A stretch of DNA of 64,000 nt from Lama glama. Lineage: Eukaryota. Below the pieces are notes generated by a model that was not told the origin of the DNA, did no database searches, and saw nothing but the letters and a program-made list of their open reading frames with translations. How positions within the stretch are numbered: the first letter of the stretch is position 1; each line of letters opens with the position of its first letter. Below are positions 23,789 through 36,779 of this stretch, in pieces. The stretch lies in NCBI GenBank assembly GCA_028534125.1, contig CM052817.1:90894001-90958000 (forward strand). Reading direction: 5' to 3'. Both the position numbers and the translations under genes were made by a program.

Positions 23789-24965
23789 TATAGAAGAATT
23801 TCCTCCCTGACATAATTTCACTGTTCATTTCCTAACAGCAACTGTTGATAATTATGTGCCCTTGAATGGACTGCTCTTTTCAAGGAAATTACTTATTTGT
23901 ATTATGTGAATCAGGCTATGGGATCAACATTCTTGGTGGAACTGAAGCAGAAATAGAGAACTGTCATAAAATCTGAGCTCCTAAGATATTGGTTCAAAAA
24001 TTGAGGAGCAACAAGTTGGTTGAAAAACAGATGAAAGCTATGCTATTCCAAGAAAAAGGGCACACAAATTTTATACTATTTTGGTAGTTTCACAGACCTC
24101 AGGACTGAGATTTCAATCTTAAATTAACATGTTCCTAGGTCACAAATTTCAGGGCATGTCTCTGTGTTAGCTTAGGAATGGGAAAACAGTATGTTCTACA
24201 ACTAGACATGTTGTTGAGACATGAAGCAGCTCTCCAAATATCAAGAAACAAAACATGCTTGTTAATAAACTTTCTAAGATAAAATAAAGTTTAGCAGTTA
24301 ACCAATTCATACAATCCATAAAAAAAAAAGCCAAAGCAGATAACTTTAAGCCCTAAAGTACAAGAATTTACGGAGAAAAATGTTAGGAATGGAATACAAA
24401 TAAAGTAATTTTTTAAAAATCTTCCACAAATAAACTTGAAAATCTGTAATTGTGCCTATCCTTTGGTTATGTACAAAGTAAAGCATTCTTTTAGGGCTTT
24501 GTGATTATTTCCCGTACGATTATCTATTATATTATATCTAATAATTCAGCAAAAGAGAGGAACACTAGCAAGGTCTCAGCAATGACAGAAATTCCATGAA
24601 GGTATTAAGTTTGCTCACCTATCCAATTGCATAATTAAAGGAACAGTCAGGTCATGTCTACCAAGCAAAGTGAGCCTCTCTGGGGGAAAAAAAAAGAAAA
24701 GGTATTATAATATAATGTAAAGCATTGCTTCACATTCTTAAAATGGAATATCACAGTGATCTATTTATTTCATAAGAGTTCTAGGAGAATTAAATAAACT
24801 AAGATTTTTTTAAAAGTCTGTGTCCATATAAATAGTTAATAGCAAATGGATTGCATAGAGTATGCTATAACGAATGAAAGATTTTTAAAGGACCCAGAGG
24901 AGGAAAATTGACATCATCAGAAGAGCTGATTAAAAGGAAGGCAGAGGTGAAGGGACAATTCTTCT

Positions 24966-25415
24966 GTACAGGATCTACTTGCCTCTTATTGTATAAGAAA
25001 CTACCACCAAACTTAGTGGCTTTAAGTAAAAATTTGCTTGTGATTCTGTGGATCAGCAATTTGGAAGGGATTCATCTGGAACAGTTTCATCTCTGCTCCA
25101 TGTGGTGTTCACCTGGGCTTACTACATGTCTGGGACAACTGGAATGGCTGAGATAAGTGGGGTATCTGGGTCTCTCTCACCCTCCAGGAGACAGGGTTCT
25201 AAGAGAACTAAAACAAAAGCTTCCAAGTCTTGGAAGGTCTTGGCTCAGATCTCACATAATGTCACTTTTGCCATAATGTATTGATCAAAGTGAGTCTCAA
25301 GATACACCGGACACAAGCAGTGGGGAAAAGATACCTCAGACATAAGCAGCGGGGAAATTGCTCCACCTCTTGATAGAAGAAATTGTTAAGTACTTGTGGC
25401 CATTTTTATCTACCA
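24966..25415 (-). mobile_element. MaLR LTR (MLT1G/H-like)
   Basis: ccaaacttagtggcttt, gattctgtggatcagcaatttgg, gtcacttttgccataatgtattg, ctccacctcttgat. Confidence 0.75.
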
Positions 25416-25928
25416 AAGATACTATTCTGTAAAACTGTACTTCATGCAACACAAGACTTTTTTTTTGGTAGAAAAGAGACTGCACTTCATTAAGACTATT
25501 GACCTGAGTGCTGAAGAATGCTTAGCAGATAAATGTAGTTTGTAACTATTTTTTGAGTGATTGCATTTTGTTAGGGGTAGAAGGTGCAGGACAGATGGAA
25601 TGCTTGATAAATGATGTGTCCATTGGGTAAATTATTTTGGTAAAAAGTACCAGAAACTATAAGAAACTGTTCCCTCTATTTTTAATGACTATTGTAAAAA
25701 GACAGATTAACAAATATGATGTGGATACTAACATATAAAATAAAATGGCTTTGTAATTCAACACTGAATACATGATATGATGAACCCATGGCCTTAGATA
25801 ACCATGCCCAACTACCAAATAACCTATTGCTTACATAGAAAAAAATTATTTCAATGGGAAAAAGTGAGTTGTGATGTCAGATAATAAAAAATCTTTCCAG
25901 GTATTTTTTTCTCTACCTCTCCACTGTT

Positions 25929-25975
25929 AAAAAAAAAAAAAGAAAGAAAGAAAGAAAGAAAAAAAAAAAAGAAGA
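25929..25975 (+). repeat. A/(AAAG)n microsatellite
   Basis: A13 followed by (gaaa)n and a second A-run. Confidence 0.9.
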
Positions 25976-26184
25976 AATACAGAAACAAGCAGAGGGGAAA
26001 TGTTACTAGATTTGCAGTTAGGAGATGTGTATTTTAGTCCTACTGTGCCAGGAACTCAAGGCATGAATTCTATTAGATAGAGGTTTCTCTAAGTTATCAG
26101 AGTGGTAGTAGATGATCCACACAGTTCTTCCAGTTGTAATTATATCATACACACACATACATAGATATAAACATATATAAACAC

Positions 26185-26385
26185 GCATGCAAACTACTAA
26201 GTATAGGACAGATAAACAAGGTCCTACTGTATAACACAGGGAACTACATTCAATGGCTAGTAGTAACCTGTAATGAAAAACATGTACAACTGAATCACTG
26301 TGTGGTACACCTGTAACTAACAAACACTGTAAATCAACTATACTTCAATTTTTTACAATGGAGAAAGAAAAAATAAGTAAATAAA
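26185..26385 (+). mobile_element. Lineage-specific L1 3' end, truncated
   Basis: gataaacaaggtcctactgtataacacagggaacta...ctgtaaatcaactatacttcaatt. Confidence 0.85.
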
Positions 26386-27094
26386 CTTGCAAACAGACAG
26401 AGAAAGAACTCACAAAAACCAATAGTATCTTGAAGAAAAGCACAATTGAAGAATTTATTTGTTGTTATTTCTCTTGGTCTTTTATTCCAAAGCTAATTAT
26501 TCAAGAAATACTTATATCGCTAAATCCTTCATTTCATTTTAACAAAAGCCTTTGATATTCCATTTATGCTGAACATGGTAGACTTCTTTTTGAAGGATTC
26601 TTCTTAGTAAATATTAAAAAGACAATAATTCTACATTTGTCCCACTTTGTGGATATCATAAAAACAAAATTATGGAATTCTAGAAATGGAAGGACCTAGT
26701 GCTACTTTGGTTTTTAGCCATGAAACGTATACTGCTAACTTTGCATTTGTAAAGTTCTATTTCCAAAGATTTTTTTAACCATTGCCTGATGATGCATATT
26801 TCTTTGTACCTTTATGAACGAGGTATATATACTCTATGAAAGCTGAAGGCTGACAGAACTGTACCAATTTTGCATGTAGAAAAACTGACTAATAAATTGA
26901 TGATAGAAGACTTACTGCCATATTCCTGTTAGCAGATGACAGATTAACAGATGGGAACCCAAGTAATGGAAAAACTTAATCAGATTCAATATACTTCCTG
27001 CAAAGGCACATGAAACTTTTCCAGTTTTAGAAGTGTACTTTGATAGGTTGATAAGCTTTAAATCAAATACAATTAACAGAGATTTATGCTATCA

Positions 27095-29360
27095 ATCATG
27101 ATGGGGATTAGAGAACTGATTTATCCTCCCACCTAAAGCAACTAAAAGACAGACAAAATATATGGAAAAAATAGTTTTAGGACATTGAACATTAGACAAC
27201 ACAGAACAGTGATTACTAAGAGAGGGAAAAACAAATGAGATAAATCCTATAATACCTCAGCTAACTGCTTGAAGAGAGTTTCCATGATGTAGCACATAGA
27301 GGAGGAAGCCAGAAGGAGCTCAGAGGGATCTCAGTTGAAGAAATAAAGCTGAGGACTCAGGGAGGACAAGACTCCTAGGGTTTGTAAAGCAGAGTACCAG
27401 AGAGGAGAAATTACAGAAACTGCGGAAGATTCCACTTGAAATTTCATAGTAGTACTGGTTAGCACATGTGTCTGAAAAAACTACGTGAGACTGAGGAAAG
27501 AAGCAGAACAGAAAAGAAGAGGGAAAAATCTTTGGAATTCACATAGATCAGAAATAGTGTCTGTTCCCACCCGTCAGAGAGGGAAATCACTGAATTCATG
27601 GGATATCAAATAGAGTGTCTAGAAGGTATTGCCTCAGTATTGGGGCAGTATTAGATGCAAGCTTAATGCTGCTCTGGTCCTGCCTCACAAGGCTTAAAAG
27701 GAAGCCTAAAAAAATCAAACCATTAAACTTACTGAACTGCATCCCAAAACAAAGCTCAAAAATATTTATAAACATTTCAAAAATATCCAACAGTCAACAA
27801 GGTAGAACTACAATGTCTGGCATCTAATCAAAAATCACCAGGCATGCAAAGAGGGAGGAAAATACAACCCATAATGAGGATAAAAATAAATCAAGCAAAA
27901 CTGACCCAGAACTGACATAACTGGTAGAATTAGCAAAGACATTAAAATAATTATTACATTTTCAAAAAGCTAGATGAAAAATTGCTCAGATTAGTAAAGA
28001 CATAAAAGAAATTTTTAAAAGATAAAAACAAACTTCAAGAGATTTTTTTTTAAAATAATGACTGAGATTTAAAATATATCTTTGATGTTAGATGGAATTA
28101 CCAGCAGATTAGACATTGCAGAAATAAAAAAATCACTGAAATTTGACCCCTAGCAGTAAAGATTTCCAGGAATGAAACAAAAAGTAAAAAGATTTTTTTT
28201 TATAAAACTAACAAAGCAACAATGATCTGTGAAACTACATTCAGCGGGAGTCTCCAAAAGAGAGGAAAAGGAGTATATGAAAAACATTTGAAAAAGTAAC
28301 AGCTGATTTTTTTCTCACATTTGATGAAAATTATGAACCCACAGCTCCAAGAAGCTCCAAGAACCCCAAGCCTAGAAACATGGAGAAAATTAAACTGAGA
28401 TACATCATAACTGAAATGCTTAAAACCAATGATAAAGAAAAAAAAATCTTAAAAGCAGCCAGAATAGAAAGAAATATCATGGACAGAACAAAATAAGAAT
28501 GAGAGTAGACTTCTCTTGGGAAAGAATGCAAACCAGAAGAACAACATATTTAAAGTACTGAAAGGGAAAAAAAGTCAACCTTGAATTCTATACCCTAAAA
28601 TAAAGTCAAGATAAAGACTTTTCAGATATACAAGACCTGGAAGAATTCATTACCAGCTGACCTGCCCTACATGAGATATTTAAGAAAGCCATTCAGGCAG
28701 AAAGAAAACCAGATAGAAATCTAGATCTACACAAAGAAATGAAGAATGCCAAAAACGGGAATTACGTGGATAAATATAAAGAATCTTTGTTCTTAGTTTT
28801 TATATATCTTTAACAGATTGACTTGTTAAAACAGAAATTATGATGTTGTGTGGGGTTTACAATGTATATAGAAGTAAAATGTATAACAATAATAATACAA
28901 TGGCCAGGATGTGGGAAATGGAATCATACTGTTGTTAAGATCTTACACACACATAAAGTGGTATAATATCACTTCAAGGTAGACTAAGACAAATTAAAGA
29001 TCTATACTATAAACCATAAAACAACCACTAAAAATACAAAACAAAGAGTTAGAGCTAGTATACTAGCCAACAAAAAAGATAAATGGAATAATTTTAAAAA
29101 TCCAAAAGAAGACAGGGAAGAACAAAGGCATGGGTCAAATAGAAAACAAACAGTAAGAGAGTCCATTTTAAGCCAACTCTATCAATAATCACATTAAATG
29201 TAAATGGTCTTTACTCCAATTAAACAATTAAACACCCCAATTAAAAAGCAGAATTATTCAGATGGGACCAAAACAACAGCAATATAAAAAAGCAAGACCC
29301 AACTATATGATCACTATAAGAAACCTACTTAAAAGGATGGGAAAAGGTACACTGGGTTAA
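27095..29360 (+). mobile_element. Old L1M 5' half (5' UTR, degenerate ORF1, start of ORF2)
   Basis: ORF1-like agattagacattgcagaa, aagaagctccaagaaccccaagc, aatcttaaaagcagccaga; ORF2 endonuclease start tcaataatcacattaaatgtaaatggtct (SIITLNVNG) and aagacccaactatatg; many stops. Confidence 0.85.
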
Positions 29361-30064
29361 TGCTAGTCAAATATTATTAACATCCAAACTGAAACTTCAA
29401 TAAAGAAGCACTTGCCATTTGTATATATGAAAGCATAACATCCTAGATGCTTTTTTTTGGGAAAAGTTCTATAATTGCCTTTTAAAATGGTAATTACACA
29501 ATCTTGCATGCTAGTTCCCTGGGAGTTAAAGGAGAAATGAAAGCTCTGAAAACAGGAGATGAAAATGTCTCTCTGTTTCATTTCTTCTCTTTTGGCTCTT
29601 TTTTCTGTTGACTGAACAGTAAAAGAAAACAGCAACATAATCTTGAGCTCCTTTTGTTCAACGTACCAACTGCATTATTGATCTGGTATCATAGTGCATA
29701 TAAAGCAATGTTTGCTTCAGTGACTCCAACTGTATTCCAAACAAAAGGCTGTGTATATGAAGACAGATTTCTACAAAGGTAAATTTAAGAGAAAATAATT
29801 TTTTAAACACATTGTTTTCCTTCCCACTCCATTTCTCTCATACAGAATTATCATCTAACCAAGTTACCTTGTTTTATCATACTAGATTATTGAACATCAC
29901 TTAGCTTATTCAAAGATTTTTGTCAAGTTACCTTTTGAGGAAATTCAGTTCTGTGCACGGATGAAGTACCCTAAGAGAAACTAAATACCTAAATATTCAA
30001 AAGCAGTGCCTAGGGTTTATGGAGATGCAGTTTATTTCTTCTTGTTTTGTGATCCAAGGTTTAT

Positions 30065-30420
30065 AAAGTTGGGTAAATGGGAAGTGAAGGCAAGGATAGG
30101 ATATAAAACAGTAGCAGCAGTTGAATGTAGTCCAGGTTAGAGGCAGAGAAGGAGAGGAGGCATGAGATCCCTGCATGTCTGGCTTTGGCTGAAGAGAGGT
30201 AGAGATTGGACAAGGGGATGAATTCTAGGGTTTTGACTTTGGATACAAGCAATAAGAAACGGTAAAGAGAAACTGATTTGTCCATAAAGTGAATTCATAT
30301 TGTTATTAGTTCTGGCTAGTGCAATCAGACAAAGGAAGGTGAGAGATTTCAAGAAAAGATTTGGAGATAAAATACAAGAAGTGAATAAATTTGGGTAGAT
30401 TAGACCAGTGAGCTGTAGCT
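30065..30420 (-). mobile_element. L2 fragment
   Basis: gtagtccaggttagagg, gaggtagagattggacaagg, gatgaattctagggttttgactttgg. Confidence 0.55.
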
Positions 30421-32189
30421 TGTCTTTAAAAGCTTTCAAATCAACCCCATGGACTTAATAAGCATAATCTCACTAGTACTCAGCATAGACTAAAGAGCTT
30501 TTGGTTCCTTTCTAGAGCTGATATGCTTTGATCCAGCAAATACCCATTTTGACTATCCTAAGCTGAGAAGAATACCGCACAAGTACCTCTCCTTTGCGAA
30601 TAGTCAGACCAGCAGACTAAGGACACCAACACCAAGGGGATAGTCAGGGGAATGTTAGTTAAAAATAAAGTTTAAAAATCTCCTTTGAAGACTCCCAAAA
30701 TGCATTATCAACCTTAGCAGGTCCAGCTAACTCCTATTTGTCAAGGGTAGTAAGTCTTACCACATGTAACAAAGGCAAGTTGCCAATTTTCAAAATAATT
30801 AGACTACAGTGAATGGAATGGCACTCTGTTGGTAGAGGAAGACATAACCAAATCACGTGAACATTCAGGATGAACATTCTGTAGCATCACAGCACTCTGA
30901 TTCTGGGTGTGAGCTGGGGAGTAAGGTGCATGATAAATAGCAATTTTCAATTGTTTGAAATTTCACAAAATGAGTTATTGCTGTATTGTTCTTATTCCCA
31001 TGTTGAAAATATAGAAGAAACCTAGATAAGAGGCCATGTTATCACATGACTCTGGGAACACCTGTTTGCTTCCACAAACAAAATGCCAGCTCTGAATAAC
31101 AACAGAACAGTCTCATTTCTCCGTGTTGATCTTCAATGCCATACAATCTGCTGTGTGTGTGACAGGTCCTGATCCAGCAGTAGAGCTAAAACTGTTAAGA
31201 ATTATCAAAACTTCTGGGTTCAAGTGTTGCCTGTAGATGAGTACAGGTGAGTAAGGGGAGAAAACTATCCAATTGTCAAATGAAACTAATGCCTTTTAAT
31301 TGTATTTGATTCTAATTCCTTACTATATTTGTGAAAGACTAATTATTGCTCCCTTTTCATAAATAGATGGAAATATTGTCCACCCAATTATCAATAAATT
31401 GATTCTGCCAGAACCTCTTGGAAAGAAACAGTCCTCTACCTTCTGTAATAAACACCACTCAGTCCCTCAAGAACTGAAAAAAAGGTAAGAGAGAATCCAA
31501 ACATTCAATTCCAAACTGAATCCATGTCTTCTCTACTTATCAAAACAAACCATGTGAAACTTTTAAAATTAAGATGTATTTGTTACAGCTCAGATATTCT
31601 GTAATTCATCGTTCTTGCCCAAAATGCATTCACGTAAGGTATATTCTGGACATGGTTCTGAGGGAGATCAAATGTGCAGTGGAATCAGTAAATATTAATA
31701 TTTGCTAAGTTGAAGGAACACCTAGTAAGCTGAAAAGTCAAGCCAAGATGTAGAAAAAAATGATCCTCTGTTGTCTCCTTGGCAATCATTGCAAATAGAA
31801 ACCCTGTGCATATTTGCTTTTCCTAAATTCAGTATTTTACTCCCCATCTTCATATCTATTATGGGTCTCTGACATAAGGAAGTACACCCATTAAAATCAA
31901 GGCAAATGAAAAAGTCGTTGGCTTCCTTAAACCCAAGAATATGACTCGATTAACATGTCATGTTTACATTTAATATCAGTCTGGGTAGAAATCTTCAAGG
32001 ATAATGCTGTTCAACTCTTAAAATCAGGGATGCTCAAAAGGCAGGGGTGAGGAAGATGTAGAATCAAGGTAAAGAGGATATGAGAAAAGACATCTGGGTA
32101 AGAAAGGACAGGGAAAAACAAAAGCAGATTAGTAGGATAATCTCTGTCATTTTTGGAGCATGCACCAACAATTTTATTCCATCATCTCT

Positions 32190-32340
32190 AAGCCTTGTAT
32201 AAATTTGCAGGGCAAATATTATAATTCCCATTTTACCAATGAGGAAACAGAGGCTCAGGTAATTTAAATAAGGACCAAGGTCAAATACTTGTGCCAGAGT
32301 CATGTTTAAACAAGAGCCTCTCTAGTCTCAAAGCCCAAGT
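32190..32340 (-). mobile_element. MIR SINE
   Basis: ccccattttaccaatgaggaaacagaggctcag...ccaaggtca core. Confidence 0.8.
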
Positions 32341-32769
32341 TTATTTCAGTAAGCCACAGAAGGAGGAGCCCTGAAGGCCTTACATGACCATTTTCAGAGA
32401 TTAAATAGATAATGGAAAGCCACTGGAGGTTTTAAACAAGGGAGTGCTAATGTCAGATCTATATTTGTGGGAGAGTCCTCTGACAGCAAGAAGTGAATTA
32501 AGGGAAGTGCAGTTACAAAATCTTTCCAAGAGCAAGGGTTCTAAGGGTCCAGATGCAGTCAGGAGAGCATGTGTGAAAATGCAAGGGCAGATGGAGGGCG
32601 AGGTGTGCAGGGATCGAAGCCACCCCACTTGGAAACTCATCAGTCAGAAATTGTCTTTCCAGATCTGGCTCCCAGGGCCTGCGCCCGAGCTCTGTCAGAT
32701 TCCTCTGCCAGCCTAAAGTAAATCTACACACGGAGGCTGACTCCTTGACATCCCCTGATCATAGCAAAA

Positions 32770-32960
32770 ATAGATGTTCTTTACTGAGTGTTTATTTCTA
32801 TGCTGTCTCTGGGATAAACACAGTAAAGTTATCATCTCAGTTAATCCCCACAGTGGGAGATAGGTATAGTTATCAGTCCATTTACAGGTAAAGAAACTGA
32901 GGCTACTGGGTAAACTGCTAGTAATACCCAGCTCTGTACCCAATAGAAGCCTGTATGTTT
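32770..32960 (-). mobile_element. MIR SINE
   Basis: atctcagttaatccccacag...ccatttacaggtaaagaaactgaggct. Confidence 0.75.
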
Positions 32961-33196
32961 ACTGCAGGGCTGGGCTACCTCTCTGGAAATTGATCTAAAG
33001 CCTTCAAATTCTAAATCCAAATTCCTTCAGGGCATATTCAAAACTTCAGTCAAGAGGTCCAGAATTAAAGAATTAGCCAGCTCGGGCATACAGGGGTCCC
33101 TAGTGATGAAAATGTTTTTCCCTGTGAACCAGTAGAAGAGGAAGAGGAAAAGGAAAGAGAAAAGGGAGGAGGGGGAGGGGGAGAAGTCAGCCTAAT

Positions 33197-33781
33197 TTCT
33201 TTTTTTTTTTAATTAAAGCATAGTCAGTTTACAATGTTAAGTTCTGCTGTATGGCATAACGTTTCAGAGATAAATAGAGAAATATATATAAATATATAGA
33301 TCTACACACACACATATTCCTTTTCATATAGTCAGTTTACAATGCTAAACTCTGCTGTATGGCATAATGTTTCAGATATATATATATATCTACATATATA
33401 TACACACATATTCCTTTTCATATTCTTTTTCATTATAGGCCATTACAAGGTATTGAATATAGTTCCTCATGCTATACAGTAGGACCTTGCTGTTTATCTA
33501 TTATATATACAGCTAGTATTTGTAAATCTCAAACTCCCAATTTATCCCTCCACCACCACCCCCTTACTCACCTGATAACCTGATAAGTTTGTTTCCTATG
33601 GCTTTGAGTTTGTTTCTGTTTTGTAAATACATTTGTGTCATTTTTTTAGATTCCACATATAAGTGATATCATATGGTATTTTTCTTTCTCTTTCTGGCAT
33701 CCTTCACTTGGCATGGTAATCTCCAGGTCTATCCATGTTGCTGCAAATGGCATTATTTTATTCTTTCTTATGGCTGAGTAG
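33197..33781 (-). mobile_element. Lineage-specific L1 3' end with TSD and internal tandem duplication
   Basis: Poly-T tail; TSD gtcagcctaatttct (33186-33200) / gttagcctaatttct (33782-33796); tagattccacatataagtgatatcatatgg, ccatgttgctgcaaatggcattattt. Confidence 0.93.
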
Positions 33782-34069
33782 GTTAGCCTAATTTCTATAT
33801 TTCTGCAAAGTCGAGCAGCATGTCGGTGCCAGAGCCAGGCCTTAGACCACCTGAGCTGCTCTTCTCAGGATAGGTTCCCTCTTCATTCCCAAGGTCCTCT
33901 GGCTGGGATATAACAAAGAGATTACCTCAGTCCTCCAAGAAAAGAAATGCTAAAAGTAAAATGTAATCTGTTGAGAACAAGGACATAATTTAAGATTTAT
34001 TCAGGATTTGATTTTTTCAATATACAATGTAGTTTAACTTAATTTTAATGAAGCCAGATTCCCCACAGC

Positions 34070-34900
34070 CCGTTCAAATTCAACCTAACAAATGTTTCTT
34101 GGCTATCAACTATAATGCCCTACAGGTAATTTGCTAAGCACCACGAGGAATACAAAGATTTGCAAATATGTTAAAACATGGCCCCTGCTTTCAGTGAGCT
34201 TATGCTACAGGATATGTAAATAGCGTTCAGACAACAACATCAAGCATTGTAAGGCAAAGGCCGTGAGCCAAGTCAGGATCTACCAGTTCGGTAGAAAGTT
34301 GCCATCTTCAGATGATCTGTACACATTTCACCTTGTAGCTCTCTCAGGATCTGAAAAAATGCAGTGCCTCAGGAGAATGTGTTCATGGTATGGATTTTCC
34401 AAAATAAACATCCCCAGTTCCTCCAACAATGCATAACATGACTTAAAGACTCTTGAATACATTTGAGAAATATTGGCTTCAGCAGTAAAGAAGGTAAACA
34501 TGTTAATAATGATGATAATGATGATGATGGAAAAAGCATGATCCTTACTCCCAAGAACATTCTCAGTGGCCTAGAGCAGAAAGACAGGAAAAGAAACTCT
34601 GATGAGGAAATGAGAGGTGGGCTATAACCAGAACAAGAAGTGGAATTCAGAGTCACTTTCCGCACTATGAGTTTGTCTGTGACCCTCTTGGAGTATGAGA
34701 AGAAAATGAAAATATAACATTCAAAGACACATTGAAATTGACACTGCACTAGCCTAAATGTACTTTTCTCTGTCACCTGAGCTTTGAAGATTAGCAGGAG
34801 TTGAGCAGACAAAAGAGGCCAAGTAGAGGAGCAGGAGTTCCCTGGGAAAGAAACAGCATGAGCAAAGCCTGAAGGAGCCCCACCACCCCTGCTGCGGGTT
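34070..34900 (-). mobile_element. L2 fragments
   Basis: aacaaatgtttcttgg...aaaacatggcccctgctttcagtgagctta; ctgagctttgaagattagcaggagtt...gagcaaagcctgaagg. Confidence 0.6.
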
Positions 34901-34944
34901 CACCATTAGCTTCTGAGCAGCCAGCCTCCACGCTGCCATTTCTT

Positions 34945-36140
34945 CTCTCAATCACTTCTCAGTCCTCAAGGAGACCAACACCCATAGCCACAATCAATCT
35001 CTTTCCAGTGTGCCCCTGTGACCTCCAGGTTGCCAAATACTGTGACAACTCTCTTTGTATTTCGTGTATTTCTAAAGTATACTTTCTTAACATTGTGCTT
35101 CCCTTCTCTTGGGCTACCCCAATCTCATTTATAGAGACTCCCATTGCTACTCTGTGTATGCCATGTCACTGCTGTTGTTTCTGGTGTCTACACGTGATCT
35201 CTTCTTTCCTCATTTCCAAGTATCATCAGACGAGGCTCCACATGTGGGACTATATCACAGCCCCCATCTGGGGCTCCAGACCCATATATCCAACTGCCAA
35301 TAGGCAATCAATAGAGATCTTCCCAAGAAAACTCAAACTGGACGTGTTCCTCAAACCTGTTCCTCCTTCTAAATTTCCTCTCATCAAATTACAACTTACC
35401 CAGTCACACTGGTAAGATTCTAGAAATCAACCTGAACTCCTTCTTCCTCCTTCCACCCCAATCAAAGTTTTGTTGGTACTAATTCCTTTATAATTCAAGA
35501 ATCTGACCCCACCTTTCTATCTTTACTGCCTCAGATCAGGCTCTCACAGCTTTTTACCTGGACAGTTGCATCAGTCATTTCACTGATCAGTTTTTTTGAC
35601 TGATCATTTCCAATCCATCTTCCAAACTGAAGCCAGAGTGAGCATTCTAAATCACATTGTTAATCATGTCACCTACGGAAGCCCTTCATTAGTTCTCCAT
35701 GTTTTTAGGGTGAAGTTAAACCTCTTACTTTGACCAATAGTGGCCCCAGTCTACTTCTAGAATTATCTCCTGCCATTCACAAATACACACACACACACAC
35801 ACACCCCCCACATTCCAGTCACTTCCCCCTCCCAAGTGCCCCAAGATCTTCTATGCCACAACGTTTCCCACACGTTTTTCCCTCTACATGGAAACCATTC
35901 TTCTTCTTCTGTCTCTACCTGGTTCACTACTTCTGTCCATCAAGAACATACCCAAGGGTTAACCTCTTCTCTGTGCTGTCCCCTCCTATTGGGCCCCGTG
36001 TATTTTATTGTTGGCCTACATATCAGGCACCATGGCTAGACTCTCTCCTTAGCCAGCAGACAATATGCATCACTAATTTGCACCTAGCACAGTAACTGGC
36101 ACATATCAGGCACTCAATAAATGCTTGCTAAGATAATGAC
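34945..36140 (+). mobile_element. L2 (L2a-like) long 3' fragment
   Basis: ctccagacccatatatccaactgcc, aaacctgttcctcct, ccagagtgagcattctaaa, terminal cctagcacagtaactggcacatatcaggcactcaataaatgcttg. Confidence 0.85.
35784..35802 (+). repeat. (AC)n microsatellite
   Basis: Uninterrupted AC run. Confidence 0.85.
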
Positions 36141-36779
36141 CAAACAAACACACCATTTTTCATTGACACGGTTTCCAGACTCTTGCTTCCCTTTGCCTGT
36201 AGCTCATCAGATCCTGTGTCATCTCCATATGAACATGGAGTGCTGAGAACTCAACACAATATTAGACAGTAGTTCAGCCAGTGGTATTGGCCGACCCTTT
36301 GTGGGTCAGTGTTTGGGAGCCACAATGCAAGGCTCACATTTAACTTACTTTCAAATAAAATGGCAAGTTTTCTGTGGTTCATGCTTTTGGTAATAAATTC
36401 ATGGAACTCATTTTTTTCACTCTCTTCATCATAGACTTTTCTTTTTAAGTTTGATATTTTCATTTTGTTCCATTAGTAAATCTTATAAATGAAGACCCAT
36501 ATGTTTTAGCTTGGATTCTGAATCAGTCATTCAGTATATTATTGCTAATTCCTCTTGAATACATTTGCATATTAGGTAAGCATATATTTTATGTGTTAAT
36601 CCAAGTTGTTAGGAAAACAAACAAACAAAAAAACCAAGTAATAGAATCTTGAAAAATGCTCTTAAATAATTGTCTCCAGATTAACTCTGATCAACTAATC
36701 CTCATTCTTGGGGTAAATTTCTTTAATCTCCTGGTTACAGCTCACACTTATGAGGTATCCTGATAATACCTCTTCATAA

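Noticed and set aside
27095..29360. Active L1 or intact ORF1
   Set aside because: Heavily degenerate, and truncated just after the ORF2 start
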